Source: Podarcis bocagei (Eukaryota). From it: a stretch of DNA of 64,000 nucleotides. Below are positions 23,001-36,572 of this stretch, in pieces. The translations under genes were made by a program, and so were the position numbers. The stretch is from assembly GCA_964188305.1 (NCBI GenBank), contig OZ076893.1. One strand, 5' to 3'. The notes beneath the pieces were generated by a model. That model worked only from the letters and a program-made list of their open reading frames with translations. It was not told where the DNA came from and searched no databases. The first letter of the stretch is position 1; every line of letters starts with the position of its first letter.

Positions 23001-26000
23001 ATTGCTAATTCTCTTAAAACCATGGCTAAACATTAGCTATGGTTTAACATTACATGCCAACCAGGCCAGGAAATAGACATCCATTTCCACCCCAAGCTGA
23101 CATCTAGAACTAAAAGTTGCAGCTGCTATTATAATTGATATACAGATAGTTATTTAAGGTTTACATCAGTGTTCAGTGTTTTCTGAATACAAGAGGTCAG
23201 CTTTTGACTCAAAGCAACTTGCTTACAATCTAAAATTCAGCACAAGGGAGACAGGAGGAGAGGTAGGGCCAAAATGAGAAGAATGAGTTATCATTTCATG
23301 TGCGCTTAGTATATGCACTTAATCTTAAGTTACACAAGAAGTAGGGGGTTGTACCAAAGGCTAAATGGAAAAGGTGGGTTTCGAGGAAGGATTTCGTCAC
23401 ACAAGTGATTTGGGAAGCAATTCCAAACATATGGGACAAAGTGCAGTCTTTTGAAAGAGCATGAGACCTTTGGACAGCTAAGGGTGGTTGAACTGGAGAA
23501 GCAGAGGTAGGGATTTGTTGTCATTATGTATGTCAGCTCGGAAAACATGTACAGCTTTCCTCAGGATAAATGTTCAGAGTAAAACTGAATAATAGATTAG
23601 ATTGTGTTCACATCAGACTAGGGTGAGGTCTATGACCACACTTTGTCTATTCCAATCTAGCAGGTCAATAGGGATTCAAAGCCCACTGGCACTCAATTTG
23701 TTGGTACAGATATTGGGAGCCGTAGCAAAATAGAACTGAAATATACATACCTCTGAAAAATGTCAGTGTCTGAGCTTCTCACAAGAAAATGCAAGCATTT
23801 GTGTATCAGAATATCCTTGCTGTGATGAGACACATGCTCCAACAATGCTCCACTCCTTCAGTTCACTAAGAAACTCAGTTGACTCCCTCATTTAAAAATT
23901 TAACCCTAGAAGCACACACACGCAAAAGTAATATTAATAGCATCCCTCCCCCCTCGCTGAATAAACACGAGGAAGAAAAAGCATCTGGAACTTTTGGCGA
24001 AACATAGATCATTTCAAATTGGTTGAATGCTTTTTGGCAAAGAAGGGACTCTCTGGGGACCCAGGTTGGTTGTCACAAGTTTCTGCTTGCTGTGAAAGGC
24101 CTTAGCAGGTGGTGTCTTCTTTCCTCGTCCTCCTTTCTGTAGTCATTATGACAAAAGGAAATGACATGAAAGCTTGTTGTGTGAATTGAGCTGTCAAGGC
24201 AGAGCTGTGCAGTGAACTTTTAAAGGCAGGGTCACAGCACTTATGAGATGGCTCAGCAACATTTACAGGTTTCTGTTGTTTTTTTAAAAATTAATAATCC
24301 ACAGCTCAGCTTCTTACGTATTAGGTTCTCAGGTCCGTGGGGGGGGGGTGCGCCTTCCTAGCTTTTTCTTGCTGCCATCATAAAAGTTAACTTTTTCACC
24401 TTGAGGTGTGACAATAGCTTTTTCATGATTTTTCAGCTGACAGCATTTGACTACTAACATCTGCTTCAGCTAGGATTTCCCTCTCTCTTTTTCACCTGGC
24501 TAGGCTCCTATGCATGACAAAAATTCAGTATATGAAAAAACCAAAAACCACTCCAAAAATCACCCCCATGTGATAAGAAAGTTGCACCTGTTGAATTCTG
24601 CCTAATAACTTTCTTCCCTATATGACTGATGAAGAAAAGGAACAGCTGCATACAGTTTAAAATTCAATATAAAACCCTCCCTTACCCTACTGCTTAGGGC
24701 TAGTAACATTTTAACACTTTTAGAAGAACCGGATTAATGTTTTATTGTGGAAAAGGTGCATAATCAGACTCAGTGATCAGAGGGTACAGATGTTTCTCCA
24801 GCACAGATATATTATGTAAACATCAAAACTATTACCATGGACAAAAGGAAATATAATTTTGATTGTTAGGTGAGGTATTCCATCTACAGCTGTTCACAAA
24901 AAAGAGAGAATATGAGTATGTGTGGAGAAGGAACACGGAGGAGCATACTTCTAGTAAAAAAACTATTAGCCATTGAAACAGTTAATTTTTTCAAAAAGGG
25001 AAAAGGAAGTTTTGTTCCCGCCAAAAATTATGCAGTAACAACAATCTCACAAAGAGCGTGCCAGATGACCCACTTGTCACGCTCATAATGGCATGCCATC
25101 TGGTGTCTAGCATACACAACGTCTGGCTGTTTGCCAAGGCAGGCCAAGATAACACTCACAAGTTGATCTGGTCCACTTCTGATGTGGCAGGCTCTGGGAA
25201 CACTGCCGTACTGCTCTTCTTAGTGCTTCTGAGTACACTGAACTCACTCATAAACTTTTGTTGACTTTTATATATAAATAAAGGCAGACTTCCAGTTATG
25301 AATCAGACATAGATGACTGAAACATCTGGAAACTGGAAAGTACCTTGTTTTGTTCTTTGCAACCTGAAAATATATGCATCAATCCAAGCAGCTTGGTGAC
25401 GTATTGCTTTTTTTAAAAGTGCTCTCCACTCATACAAGACCTGCTGTATCTTGAACAAAGATGGGGATGGATATATTTTATGGGGTATGTATCAAATTTT
25501 ACAAACACACAGGCTTTTAGACTTCAGAGGTTTGTGTATGTCACACAAGCATACAAAATGTCAAATAATTACCAGTCAAATTTAAACTTTTCAAAGAGAA
25601 ACAAATACAAATAATTTCATTCAATTTACATCTTATTTTACCTCATCTACTTTCTTTGTTCTGCTCTGCAAAGTTTTTGTTTCTCATTCTTTTGAATGTA
25701 TCTCAGATTTGGCTGTCTTCTGACATCTTTCTGCTCCCCACACCGCCTCTCCTACAGACGCACCAACTCTCTTCACCCATCTGTTAACCCATTTTAAATC
25801 CCCAACTGACATCTATAAACACTATCTGTTGGCTTCCATTTTCTTATCCCTCATTCCGTCAACTGAGATCTTAGTTTGTTGCTGTACATGCCCCATATGT
25901 TGCCCAATTTTTCTCCCAACATCCTCAATCTAGCTTTCCTTGATCCTTTCCTCCACACTCAATACCAATCTTGCCATTGTCAGAAGAAGCCCCCATAGCC

Positions 26001-29000
26001 CAGAGCAAGCAAAAAAATGGAATTTCCAGTAAGTCTCCATACTATCAAAAAGCTTAAAGTAACTTGTTCCAATGTTGGGTAATTCTCTATATGAAAGCAT
26101 GATTCACATTTAGGAATCAAACAAAGTATCAATACAGATTACACTTATTTCCCAGAAGTAAATGTCCAGTAGATATGTACATAAATGTTTTTATTTCTGT
26201 GTTAAGGTTTCCTGCTTTGTATGCAGGATTCTTTTAAGTGAAACAAAATCTGCAGTAAAATAACAAAACACAACAAAACGTCAAAGATATTCATCTTATA
26301 ATTAGAGTCAAAACTTTAGAAACGTAAATATTAACAGATGCTGTCATTTTCCAACATGCATGTTTGGCTGCTGCAGGTATACAGTATTCTACTTATATAT
26401 ATATATATATTAAAAATTGCAAATGCACCTAAGACTGTAAAAGTATCAAAATATATCTAACATGGCAAAGGTTCAAAACCTTTTATTTATTTCTTTTTGC
26501 TAAAAGCAACACGAAAGCAATTAAATGAAAGATTCAACCAATACCAGCTCCAGTTTGTACTACTTACCAGAGACCTATGTTAAACCTTGGTACTGGAGGC
26601 TTTGGTACCATTTAAAAAGAAAAATACAAATAATTTGCATACCTCCTGCAAAGCAGCAAATCTTTTAAGCATAATAGATGAAGACATGGAGTCAGCCCCA
26701 AGAGCTGCAGGCAGTGTTTGTGTGTACACTGCGGAACTTTGTTCCCCCACAAACCAGTCCCCTGCTATGCCTTGTCCTCCCAAGAACTACTCCAGAAAGT
26801 CAGGGACTCTCCAGAGAATCTTCCAACGTAGCACAAGAAACTAAAGCTAGAATTGGAAAATCCAGGCAGCACTGGTGCACACACTCTTTGGATCTTGGCA
26901 TAATGGTTGTAATCCAGAGAACACATTTTAAATACAGCTAAGCGCTTGTGTATACCCAGAAGGACAAGAGGCTAACACACACATACTACTTAAAACAGCC
27001 ATCATGACTGTAGCTTGCCACATGGCCTTGAGGTGGGTAGGCTGTGATTAAAAAGAAGGCAAAAGTCAAAAGCCACGGTAGGAATGGTTCTCTGAATTAC
27101 AGTCTTACTATGCTAATCACATCACTTAACTCCTTTGTGCTTCAGGTGGGGAATCTTCTAAAGAAACATACTGAAGAGAGAACACACCAAAACCAACAAT
27201 GCCAAAGGGAATCCCAAACTGGCTTCTCACATTTTGAAGAGGAAGAATAATCCTCTTATCAACAGAGCTGATCAGAAAAAACGCTAACAGTTTTAACACT
27301 GGATAAAAACCTTGAGTGCCTATTAAAGGCAGCGAGGTGAATATTCCTATATATAAATATCCATTTAAAATAATAAATAAATAACTATGATACGGGGCCT
27401 TAAGCTGTATTTAAGTATGCTAACGTCAGAGATTGCTTTACATACCACACACACACACAATATTAAAATAAGGAATATCATTTTTAGAGTTCTTGGTGTT
27501 ATGTGGTATCAGGTTTCTTTCTGGTAATTGTGTTTCCCCATGCACAGCAACAGTTGATATCAGTTTAGCTTGAGAACATGCCATCATTCTATTTGTCATT
27601 TTACATACAGTGCATATGATGCTCGCTCTTTCCATCTCTCATAGCAGCAAGCAGATTCTGCTAGTATCTATAGCAGCACACCCAGGAGTGGAGAGGAAGA
27701 GTGTCAGATTTATAAATAGATAACACCTACAGTACACAATTCTATTTTCCTGTCAGTATTAAGGTTGACAGCACACCATTATGTTTCACAAGAAATTAAC
27801 TAAAAAAACAACAGCTACAACAAGCAAAACTAAGACATTCCTTCAAATCAGACATAAATAAGTGCAAATGTCTAAAGCAGGTAAACTGAAGCAACTGCTG
27901 TAACCTGTGAAGATTAGAAGCATGTACAAATATTAAGGGGGAAATGAATTTTCATTTTAAACAGTTTTGTAATGGGGTCGTTGAGGCATCCAAGAGCAGG
28001 CATGAATGGTTTTAGAAAGAGTTCACAGCCTAAGCGCAAGTAACCATAGATCATCCTTAGTCATGTGCAGGCCCACACACAGGGTAGGTGGGGAAAATTG
28101 AGGGTGACTTGAGCTGTACAGAGACAGAGCCAACAGCAACTTCTGTGACTGTGTTGGCACTTCTCCCAAGCACAATTGGAGAAACCACTGCAACTAACCA
28201 ATCTACAGCCCAGTTCACACCAACATCTCTCCACACTTAAGCAAGCACAAAATGTGGCCAAGGAAAGCCCATGGCTGCTTGTGTCAAGAAAAATAACTAT
28301 ATGAGCCGACTCTTATTTCTTTTAGAGGTGTAATGTAATGCATTGGTGTTGATTCCTAAATAGGGCTACAAGGTGAGACATAGCATGTCCTCTTGTTCTG
28401 TCCCTACACAATGTATCCCTTTAATAACCAGGGTCCTGTAATATTTGTAGTATAACTAAGCTGAACTTTAAAACTACTATATTAGACCAACATGATTTAA
28501 AAGGGAATAGTGCAATCTCGAATAGATGAAATGCAAATTCATGTATTTCACAGCATGCAATCTCGCTGCTATTCCATGCACCAAGGTTAAAATTCGCTCT
28601 TTCTCATTTTTGCTGGAGCTATTCACCAGGAAAACAACATCCGCTTCTAGACAACCTGCATACATATATATATATCTGCCCACTGAGGCTGCAATCCTTT
28701 GTATCGTTTGTGCCCGCATAGACCCACTTCTGGGGCTGGCATTCGCAGAGCAACCCAGATACTTCACGCATCCTGCCATAGCAGCTGATCCTCCACCACC
28801 ATCCTTCAGAAAGGATGCTCATTCTCCCTTTTGCCACTTTCACAGTGTTTACACAGCTCAGGAAAAAAACAGAAAACACAGAGATGTGTTTATACCTTGC
28901 ACCGTGCTTCTTTTGAGACACACCACAGGCCACTTCCTTTTATTCCTGCTTTGATTTGATTAGGAATAGTAGGATCTCTTCAGAGACACACCCCTTAGCC

Positions 29001-30553
29001 AACAGACAGCTCAGGTACCACCACCATTCCAATCTATCTCCTCAGGTAAAATATGATGCATTTGTGGAGACTGAGAGCAAGTCAGAGCAACTGTTGTAAA
29101 AGGCCAGCCCAACTGAGCTTCCTCTCCCATTTTCCATTTGTTAACTTCTGCAAGGTACAATGTTTCATGACACAGTCAATTCTGATACTTCATACGATAT
29201 TGGGGCCTTGCTCTCCTTCCCTTCCCTGGGCTATTTGTAGGATCAACAGTCACCACCAGAAGCAAGATGCTCTCATCCCTGTCAAAAGGCACAACCTGCA
29301 ACTGAGAATATGAGCATCATCTTTTAAGAGACTGATTCTTCACTGTCACAAGCTGCTCACATCCTCTGACCTAAAGAGAGCTCTTCTATCAATCTACCCA
29401 TGTTAGAGTTTTGCAGGAGTAATCCCACTGCAGAAACATTGATTTCTTCTTCTTCTTAATGCCCCTGACTGATATATACTGGAAAGTTCTTAAGTGTCCT
29501 ACCAAAATTAAGGCAGTGATTAGAGTCCCAAAGACTTCACAGGCTAGAAGGAGAATGGGGTTCAACTGGCAGGTTATCTTTAGACTCATATTCAAGAAAA
29601 GACTGAGGACTTGGTCAGGACTGCTGCTTCTATGGGGAAAGGATAATAAGGGGAGGTAGTTCATCTCAAAAACTAGCAGAATGGACTGTGTATAAAAACA
29701 CTGCATGAGGCTGAGGTTACAACAATGGAAAGGAGGAGCAAGGGCCAACAGTGCTTAAAGGTGTTGTCTCTGAGAAGTGGGTGTTATGATACTACTCTCC
29801 AATCTGCAAGCAAGAGCAAGTTTGTCCTGGCTTCCTCCTGAGTTTGTGTTGTTTTGCAAAGCAGCAGGAATATGCGAGCACTTGGTGAGATTGCAGCCTT
29901 AAGCTTTAAAATGAAAATAAATTAAAAAACAACCCCCCTTCCAAATTTACAAAAGTCTTCCTGCTCCCACATGCTGTACAATACATTCAACAATGGTCTC
30001 AGTTTGAGATTTCTGAATACTGATGCTTTATCCTAATAAAAATTAAATTCTTCCCTTTGTCTACTCTTATTAGAAGTACCATTCTCAAATAAATACATTG
30101 AACACTGTAGTTAATTTTGTGCAGCATACCTAGTTCTAGTAGTGCAACTTTCTATTCTTCCTTTAGTCTTTCTTTTGTGTTTATAAAAATTGCTACATAA
30201 GCAAATGCGTTTAAGCAAAAGCATTCTCAAGGAGTTGTGTAATGTTTTTCTTTTACAGATCACTGAGTACCTGTAAACCTACTCTACATTAAAAGCTTCT
30301 TAAGAACAAGAGAAATGTATAAAGAATTTTTAAAACGGCTTAAAAAAATATTCCTTTCACCATTTTCTTTAGAGTGGTCTTTTAAAAGACCAATTAAACT
30401 TGCTTTTAAAAAAGGTTTAAAAAAAGACTTAAGTTCTTCCTTATAATGCAGCTTCAACTCAAAAAAGTATCCATACATACATTACTGGGAAAAAATCTCA
30501 GTATAAAGTCTGTAGTATAAAGAAAAAAGGTAGATTGGTACATTTAGAGACCA

Positions 30554-30682
30554 TCACAAGATCAGAGCCCTTGAAGTGCTGCCAGTAGCTGTATAGGTGC
30601 TCAGGTATCTTCTTGCTTGTTCAGTCATAATAAGCTGATCTTCGGTCTTCCCATAAACAACAGCTTCCCATTCACAATTGGC
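30554..30682 (-). CDS. MYBL1: A-Myb exon 16 (ANCEWEAVVYGKTEDQLIMTEQARRYLSTYTATGSTSRALIL*)
   Basis: Matches the human MYBL1 C-terminus; tgcag acceptor; TGA at 30556-30554. Confidence 0.96.
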   Translation of the reverse strand, partial: ANCEWEAVVYGKTEDQLIMTEQARRYLSTYTATGSTSRALIL

Positions 30683-32421
30683 CTGCAACACATGGTCCAG
30701 GTAACAGTTACTTTCAAGTCACATCAAAAAAATTTGTTTATAAGCAAAATATGGAATCCAATTGTGGCTGCCTCACAGGAAAAGTAACTTCTCCTGGCAT
30801 GACAGAATTTCAGCTTCCTCTTCTCTCTCCTGCAGCCCCACCCCCCACCCCGAAAATTTGCTCCATAAGGTTGGGGGACCCTCTGGAGCAGATATAGGGA
30901 GAGTATGGGGCACAAAGAAGGGAAAGTACATTTTATGACAGTATCCTTACAACCAAAACTTAAAATAAAATGTATCATTTAACAATAAGAATTCAACATT
31001 TCTCAGTTTCACTAAGTGGCCCTAAGACAATGCTCCTATTCTCAGCCTCAGCCCCCTCATCTGGAATGTGGGAATAATCACACCAGCAGACTTTACAGTT
31101 CAATATAAATACATCACTCCAAATACAGAAAGACCTGTTTGATGGCACCAAGCTTTTTTGAAAAGTTTCTTTTTTACAAAATGGCACAAGCCTTTGTAGG
31201 AACAACTCACTTCAGATGCTGAGCAGTTCCATGAAATAGGTTGTCACCTATGAAAGCTTATGCTATTTTAAAACAAATAAGTTTCAAAATTGTCAGCCGC
31301 AAGGTGCCATTGAACAGATTCCTCTATTATTTAAAAACAAAATCAAAAAAGGTTTCATACTATATAATCAAACATTACTGAAAATGTCTGTGAACCACTT
31401 TGCACACCTGGCGTTCCAGCCAGGTGGAGGTACAACTGCCATCTCCAGAGGACTCTTATAAAGGTAGGTATTGAACACCAGCATCCATTTTACTTATGCA
31501 CCGGAGCCAAAGGGGAGGGCTGGATGTGAATATGGAAGGCACAGAGAGGCCTCTCATTCAGAAGCTCTCGCTACGGGGTGGGAGGAAATCAGAGCTCCAC
31601 TGAACCCATAGGAAACCTCTGTATGCAGATACTGTGCCCAGTAAACTGACTTCGCCCTTGAAATGCATGATAAGTGATTATGATGATTAGATTTAAAGAC
31701 AGATAGTGTGTTCAAAATTCTATTCACAAAAAGAGTGCATGCATGCTCCTAGCAAATAGACAACTTTATTGCTGACAGCTTTCAAAATTTGAGTGGACTT
31801 CCAAATGGTTTCTAGTCCTGCCTGTTTTGAGGAACACATCAGGAGGAACAGTTTTCCAAGGATGGGTTCTCCTTCCTGACATTTCATTCAACACACAGAT
31901 GCTAAGGCCGAGGCCAGAAGGTATGTACCCATTAGATGCATGTACACATACAGTAATACATATAACATGTTTGGAAGCTAGCATCTGAATTACTCTTAAC
32001 TGTCTTGCCCACGTTTTTCTGCAATGTGGTTCTAGTGCACCATTATCATTGCACTATGTGGGATGCTGAAACCTCAGCAGTACTGTTCCAAGTCTACAAA
32101 GAGGGCACGGCACTAAAATCTACATGGGTACTACTGGACTTAAAATGAAGCCTTCATAATTGCATTGCATATTTCAATACCAATGGATCATATTTCAATA
32201 CCAATGCATCATATTTGCATTGATAAATATTGAAATTTTAGTTGTAATGGATGCATCGTGAGCATCTTGCAGAAAATAAGCTGCATCAAGAACCCTCAAT
32301 TCCTTATTTATATCTAAGCTGCTAAATACAAACAGAAAGGAAAGAATGTAAAAAGTAATCTTCCAAAGAACATATAGCTAAACTAAATAAAGCAGAATAT
32401 TAAGATGCATTGAATACAGAC

Positions 32422-32598
32422 CTGGAAGGTTTTTTCTGTTTTGACATTTTTTGAAGTGCAAGTATTCTGCTTTTTCTTCATTGCTACATTCAGCTTTGTT
32501 GAACTGGAATCCTGTTTCTCTGGAGTCCTACTGCCTCTATTGTCATGTATTTCCAATAATGGAATCATCAGGAGGGATGTAGTATATATATTTTCTGA
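32422..32598 (-). CDS. MYBL1: A-Myb exon 15 (SENIYTTSLLMIPLLEIHDNR...EKTFQ)
   Basis: TTSLLMIPLLEIHDNR as in human; AG/GT boundaries; 177 nt. Confidence 0.92.
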
Positions 32599-33205
32599 CT
32601 AGAAAAAAGTTTAAGTCAAATAACTTAATTGAAGAATAAAAAACTGACATACAGGCAACTCCCCCATTTACATTCAAAGGCATCACGTGTTTAAGTGAAA
32701 TTGTGGGCAATACGTGCATGCATGGTCACATATGTATCAGACATTCCTAAAACAGTCACTGTCTGTAACACAAACAATAAGGCCCAGCAGGTTCTTCCCT
32801 ATCATTTAGAGTTTAGCAACCTTATAAAAGTGGCATACTTCAAAATAACCAGCATTTGGCAATATGACTTCAATAGGCTGTATCATCTTAATTCCAATAA
32901 TTCTAGCTTGAAATATTTTATGGATCCAGATAAATGTGTTCTTGTATCTCTAACACAAAGACCTTTCTAGCATAAAAGCCGCCTATAAATAATAATATTA
33001 AAAATGCTCCATTACAAAATGAGACAAGACTGCTGTTTTTCTTGCCATTTAAAATCTAAATTTGGTAGTAATATTTTTAAAGCCAGTGTCATGCTTGTTT
33101 GTGCTACTTGTCAACAGAGAGGATTTCAAATAACTATGACTTACAGAAACAAATTAGTTTACATTCTACCTTAAATATGTGCATATTTTAATTCATGCTG
33201 ATCAC

Positions 33206-33310
33206 CTGTACATCTGGAACACTGTCTTCTGTGAAAAACTGGGCACCAAGCTCTTCTTTTTCCCAAGGATCCAAAACTAATGACTTCCTGACTTTCTTCA
33301 CAGAAGGATT
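33206..33310 (-). CDS. MYBL1: A-Myb exon 14 (NPSVKKVRKSLVLDPWEKEE...PDVQ)
   Basis: KKVRKSLVLD motif; AG/GT boundaries; 105 nt. Confidence 0.92.
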
Positions 33311-33814
33311 CTAGGAGCAACATTTTAAAGAAAGAAAGGCAACTACAATCGTTTCCATAATCCTTGCAATGCTAGAATACTATGTATTTTTAAATTGTTA
33401 TACAGCTCCACATTTCACAGAAATCACTAAGCAGTTTACAAGTATCACAAGTAGATTAAAAAGTGAAAAATTCCACATTTTATAACAGCACAGAAATAAA
33501 ACATTAATATTAAACCAAAATAAAATTAATGACTAATAGCAATTCCAAATTACAGAAATACAATCGACAACAAGCCAAATATACAAGTATGTATTTACAG
33601 GTAGCAACAGCTCTCTCACTTCTGCTATCTCCCCAACCTAAGCTTGCAACATAAAGTGGGGCAAAATTACACACTCCCTGCCCCTATGCAAAATTACACA
33701 CTTCTCTGCTCCCTATCATTTCTCCCTCCAATAATACCCATTAAAAACAACAAGGGTGGGTGGTGCCCTCACCCTCTTTGTAAAGGAGCGTTGAAAAAGG
33801 GTAATGTAACTTAC

Positions 33815-33931
33815 CTCTAGTTTGCAGCCCTTGTAGAAAGAATCCTCTTCTTCCTTGAAGAAGATATCTGTTCCAGTTTCCTCCTTTAAAACTTCTCTGA
33901 TATCTTCTTCCAGATAGGCAAGGGGCTGTGA
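33815..33931 (-). CDS. MYBL1: A-Myb exon 13 (SQPLAYLEEDIREVLKEETG...CKLE)
   Basis: LEEDIREVLKEETG motif; 117 nt. Confidence 0.94.
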
Positions 33932-34474
33932 CTAATCAAACAGGTAAAATACATCAAGCAGAAGGCAAGTCAGGAGATGATTTCTCCTAAATATCATGGA
34001 ACTACCAGTATGTACACTACTTTTAAAAAAACCATTTAATTCCAATGCACAAGTAATTCAACTGTATTCTTATTTAATTTATGGAATATCCAGAAACAAT
34101 CCAGCACAACACTATGGAAAGAGATGAGGACATTAACAACCAATCAAACCATGCTTCTCTATATACCTATCTACTAGTACAAAGGATTACCATTAAACTT
34201 TCAAAGGAAGAAAGAAACAACTGGTTTGAAGCAAAGTAGCATGGCCTATCATAGTATGGCCTTATATTTAAATAGAAGTCCCACTCTAATAATGATGTGA
34301 TTTCTTACCCACCCTCCATTAGGAGTTACAGCAATTTAAAACTTAATATTTAAAACAGTTTAAAATCAATTACATTAAAAAAATGGGTCCTGATATGTGT
34401 ATGTGTGTATGTGTATCCAAGCCAATGTGAACCAAAAGTTACGTAAAAGGAATATGAACCAAAATTCTACATAC

Positions 34475-34589
34475 CACAATTTTCAGAGGACCATATTTTT
34501 TTTCTTGAGCAGCTAAAGCATTCTTAAATGGAGTAGGGGTCCTTGGTGTTGTACCTAGCAGCGATCTTCTAATAGTAGGTGTCCTAAAA
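34475..34589 (-). CDS. MYBL1: A-Myb exon 12 (FRTPTIRRSLLGTTPRTPTPFKNALAAQEKKYGPLKIV)
   Basis: Myb conserved TPTPFK motif; 115 nt. Confidence 0.96.
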
Positions 34590-34778
34590 CTTTCCAAGAA
34601 CCAAAGTTATTTATGCAGTGTGTTACTATTTAGATAGTCAAAATCAGTCATTTTAAGGATTGAATCCACTCCCCCACTTTCCTTTGATGGTATTTGCAAA
34701 GTAATTCTTCAGCGCATCTAGGTTCTGTTTTGTTTTTAATTCATATTTAAAGCCATTTAAAATCAATCATATACCTAC

Positions 34779-34924
34779 CCTGCATTTTCTTTTTGATCTT
34801 TGGGTGTTACTTCTTTATTATGTAAAGGTGTGGTAATAAGAACCTTTTGCCCACAAATTGGAGTTGATGTAAAGGCAGGATTTTCAATGTTAAACTGCTC
34901 ATTTCCAGAACAGGTGTTGAAGAA
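34779..34924 (-). CDS. MYBL1: A-Myb exon 11 (FFNTCSGNEQ...KDQKENAG)
   Basis: FTSTPICGQK motif; 146 nt. Confidence 0.94.
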
Positions 34925-35181
34925 CTGCACATAAAACAAGAACACAAATTGTTCCATGAAAATTGAGCAGTTTTGCTTTTATTACTCTGCCCCATACAGA
35001 CAATTATGAGCTGTCCAACTTGTAACAAGAGAAATTCTCATTCAGCATCATGCTATTATGAAGATTTCATAAGAATGATTCTCTACCCTTATGTCAGAGA
35101 AGAACAATGGGCTGTACCCAGGTATGTTTTACAAGTGTAGAACTATCACTGGATACAAGCCAATCAGTTAATATCAACAAC

Positions 35182-35182
<1 letters not shown>

Positions 35183-35213
<31 letters not shown>
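35183..35213 (+). repeat. (ATCA)n microsatellite, likely a LINE/SINE tail
   Basis: Tetranucleotide run adjoining an antisense retroelement 3' end-like sequence. Confidence 0.8.
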
Positions 35214-35215
<2 letters not shown>

Positions 35216-35318
35216 TTATTTCTATACCACCCTTCATCTGAGGATCACATTGCTCTTTTTGCAACTAATGAAAACTACCTTTCATTCTACTTTGACCTTT
35301 TGCTGAACTTTTGAAGTA

Positions 35319-35544
35319 CAGTGGTACTTCAGGTTACATACGCTTCAGGTTACAGACTCCGCTAACCCAGAAATAGTACTTCAGGTTAAGAACTTTGCTT
35401 CAGGATGAGAACAGAAACCGTGTTCCGGCAGCGCGGCAGCAGCAGGAGGCCCCATTAGCTAAAGTGGTGCTTCAGGTTAAGAACAGTTTCAGGTTAAGAA
35501 CGGACCTCCAGAACGAATTAAGTACTTAACCCAAGGTACCACTG
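35319..35544 (+). mobile_element. Tc1/mariner (Tigger-like) MITE, 226 bp
   Basis: TA-flanked CAGTGGTAC...GTACCACTG termini; near-identical to 41931-42172 (inverted) and 52852-53077. Confidence 0.9.
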
Positions 35545-35901
35545 TAATCATTCCAATATTTTCAGTGATTTTCTGTAAAATTGTTGGCTTAAAGCTGTGT
35601 TGGATTTACACCATTCAGATAACACTGGAAACAATACTAATTTGTATGGAAGAGCTGCAAGCCATTTATAGAGCCAATCTCAATTCCTGACATGACACAA
35701 CCCAAGACAGGTCTGAGTCACTTATAGTTAAAAAGTGCAGAACCAATGCACTGAGCAGGGAAGAGCTGCATACTTAACTACACAATTGTTACAAGTGAAT
35801 GAATAGTGTAACATCATCTTTTCTTGATTTATAGGATTTAGTAGACAACCCTGCCTAACCTATTCAATAAAACCAAGTTTAATTACATTAATTTTATTTA
35901 C

Positions 35902-36255
35902 CTGGGAAGGAGAAAAGGGTAGTGTTTTCACTGGTGTTTGTTTTAGTGCAAAATTGGAACCATTGCTACATGAACCATCGTTCTGTTCATTGACTGATGG
36001 TGACAGTCCAGTTCTAGTTTTCTTCTTCTTGCGCAAAATAGTTGGAGGAGTACTGAACTTGGCTGTTGTTGGAGATGCTGACTCTTCGTCGTCACTTGAT
36101 TTTTTGCCATCTAGTACAACACTTACATTAAACTGGCACTCCATGGCCCCATCATTGTGCTGAATCCGCATTAGTTTTACTGGAGCTTGACTGACAGGGG
36201 ATGTAGCCGCATCAGAGAGGTCAAAGCTGGTGACATCACTCCATGCTACAGGATC
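35902..36255 (-). CDS. MYBL1: A-Myb exon 10 (DPVAWSDVTSFD...LPFSPSQ)
   Basis: Matches human DPVAWSDVTSFD and KTLPFSPSQ; 354 nt. Confidence 0.95.
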
Positions 36256-36572
36256 CTACAAGGGGGAGAAAGAAACATTGTGCCATGTGTTTATTGGAAT
36301 AAACAGAATTATTTATTTCAACAGAATTGGACTGGTGGGATCAGTTGCTTAACTATGCACCGTCATTCTAGAACGAAATGACTAAATTTAACTCTAGTCC
36401 TTACGTGCATGTCTTTTTAGTTTGAATTCAGTCTCCTAATTTTCTCTCATCTTATTCCAGAATGTTAATTCCTAATTCTGCATTGTTTTTCTTTACAAAA
36501 ACCAATAAAGCAGCTAATAGTGAAACACTATTATTATGTAGCACTTGCAATACATAGAACAAATGCTATATA

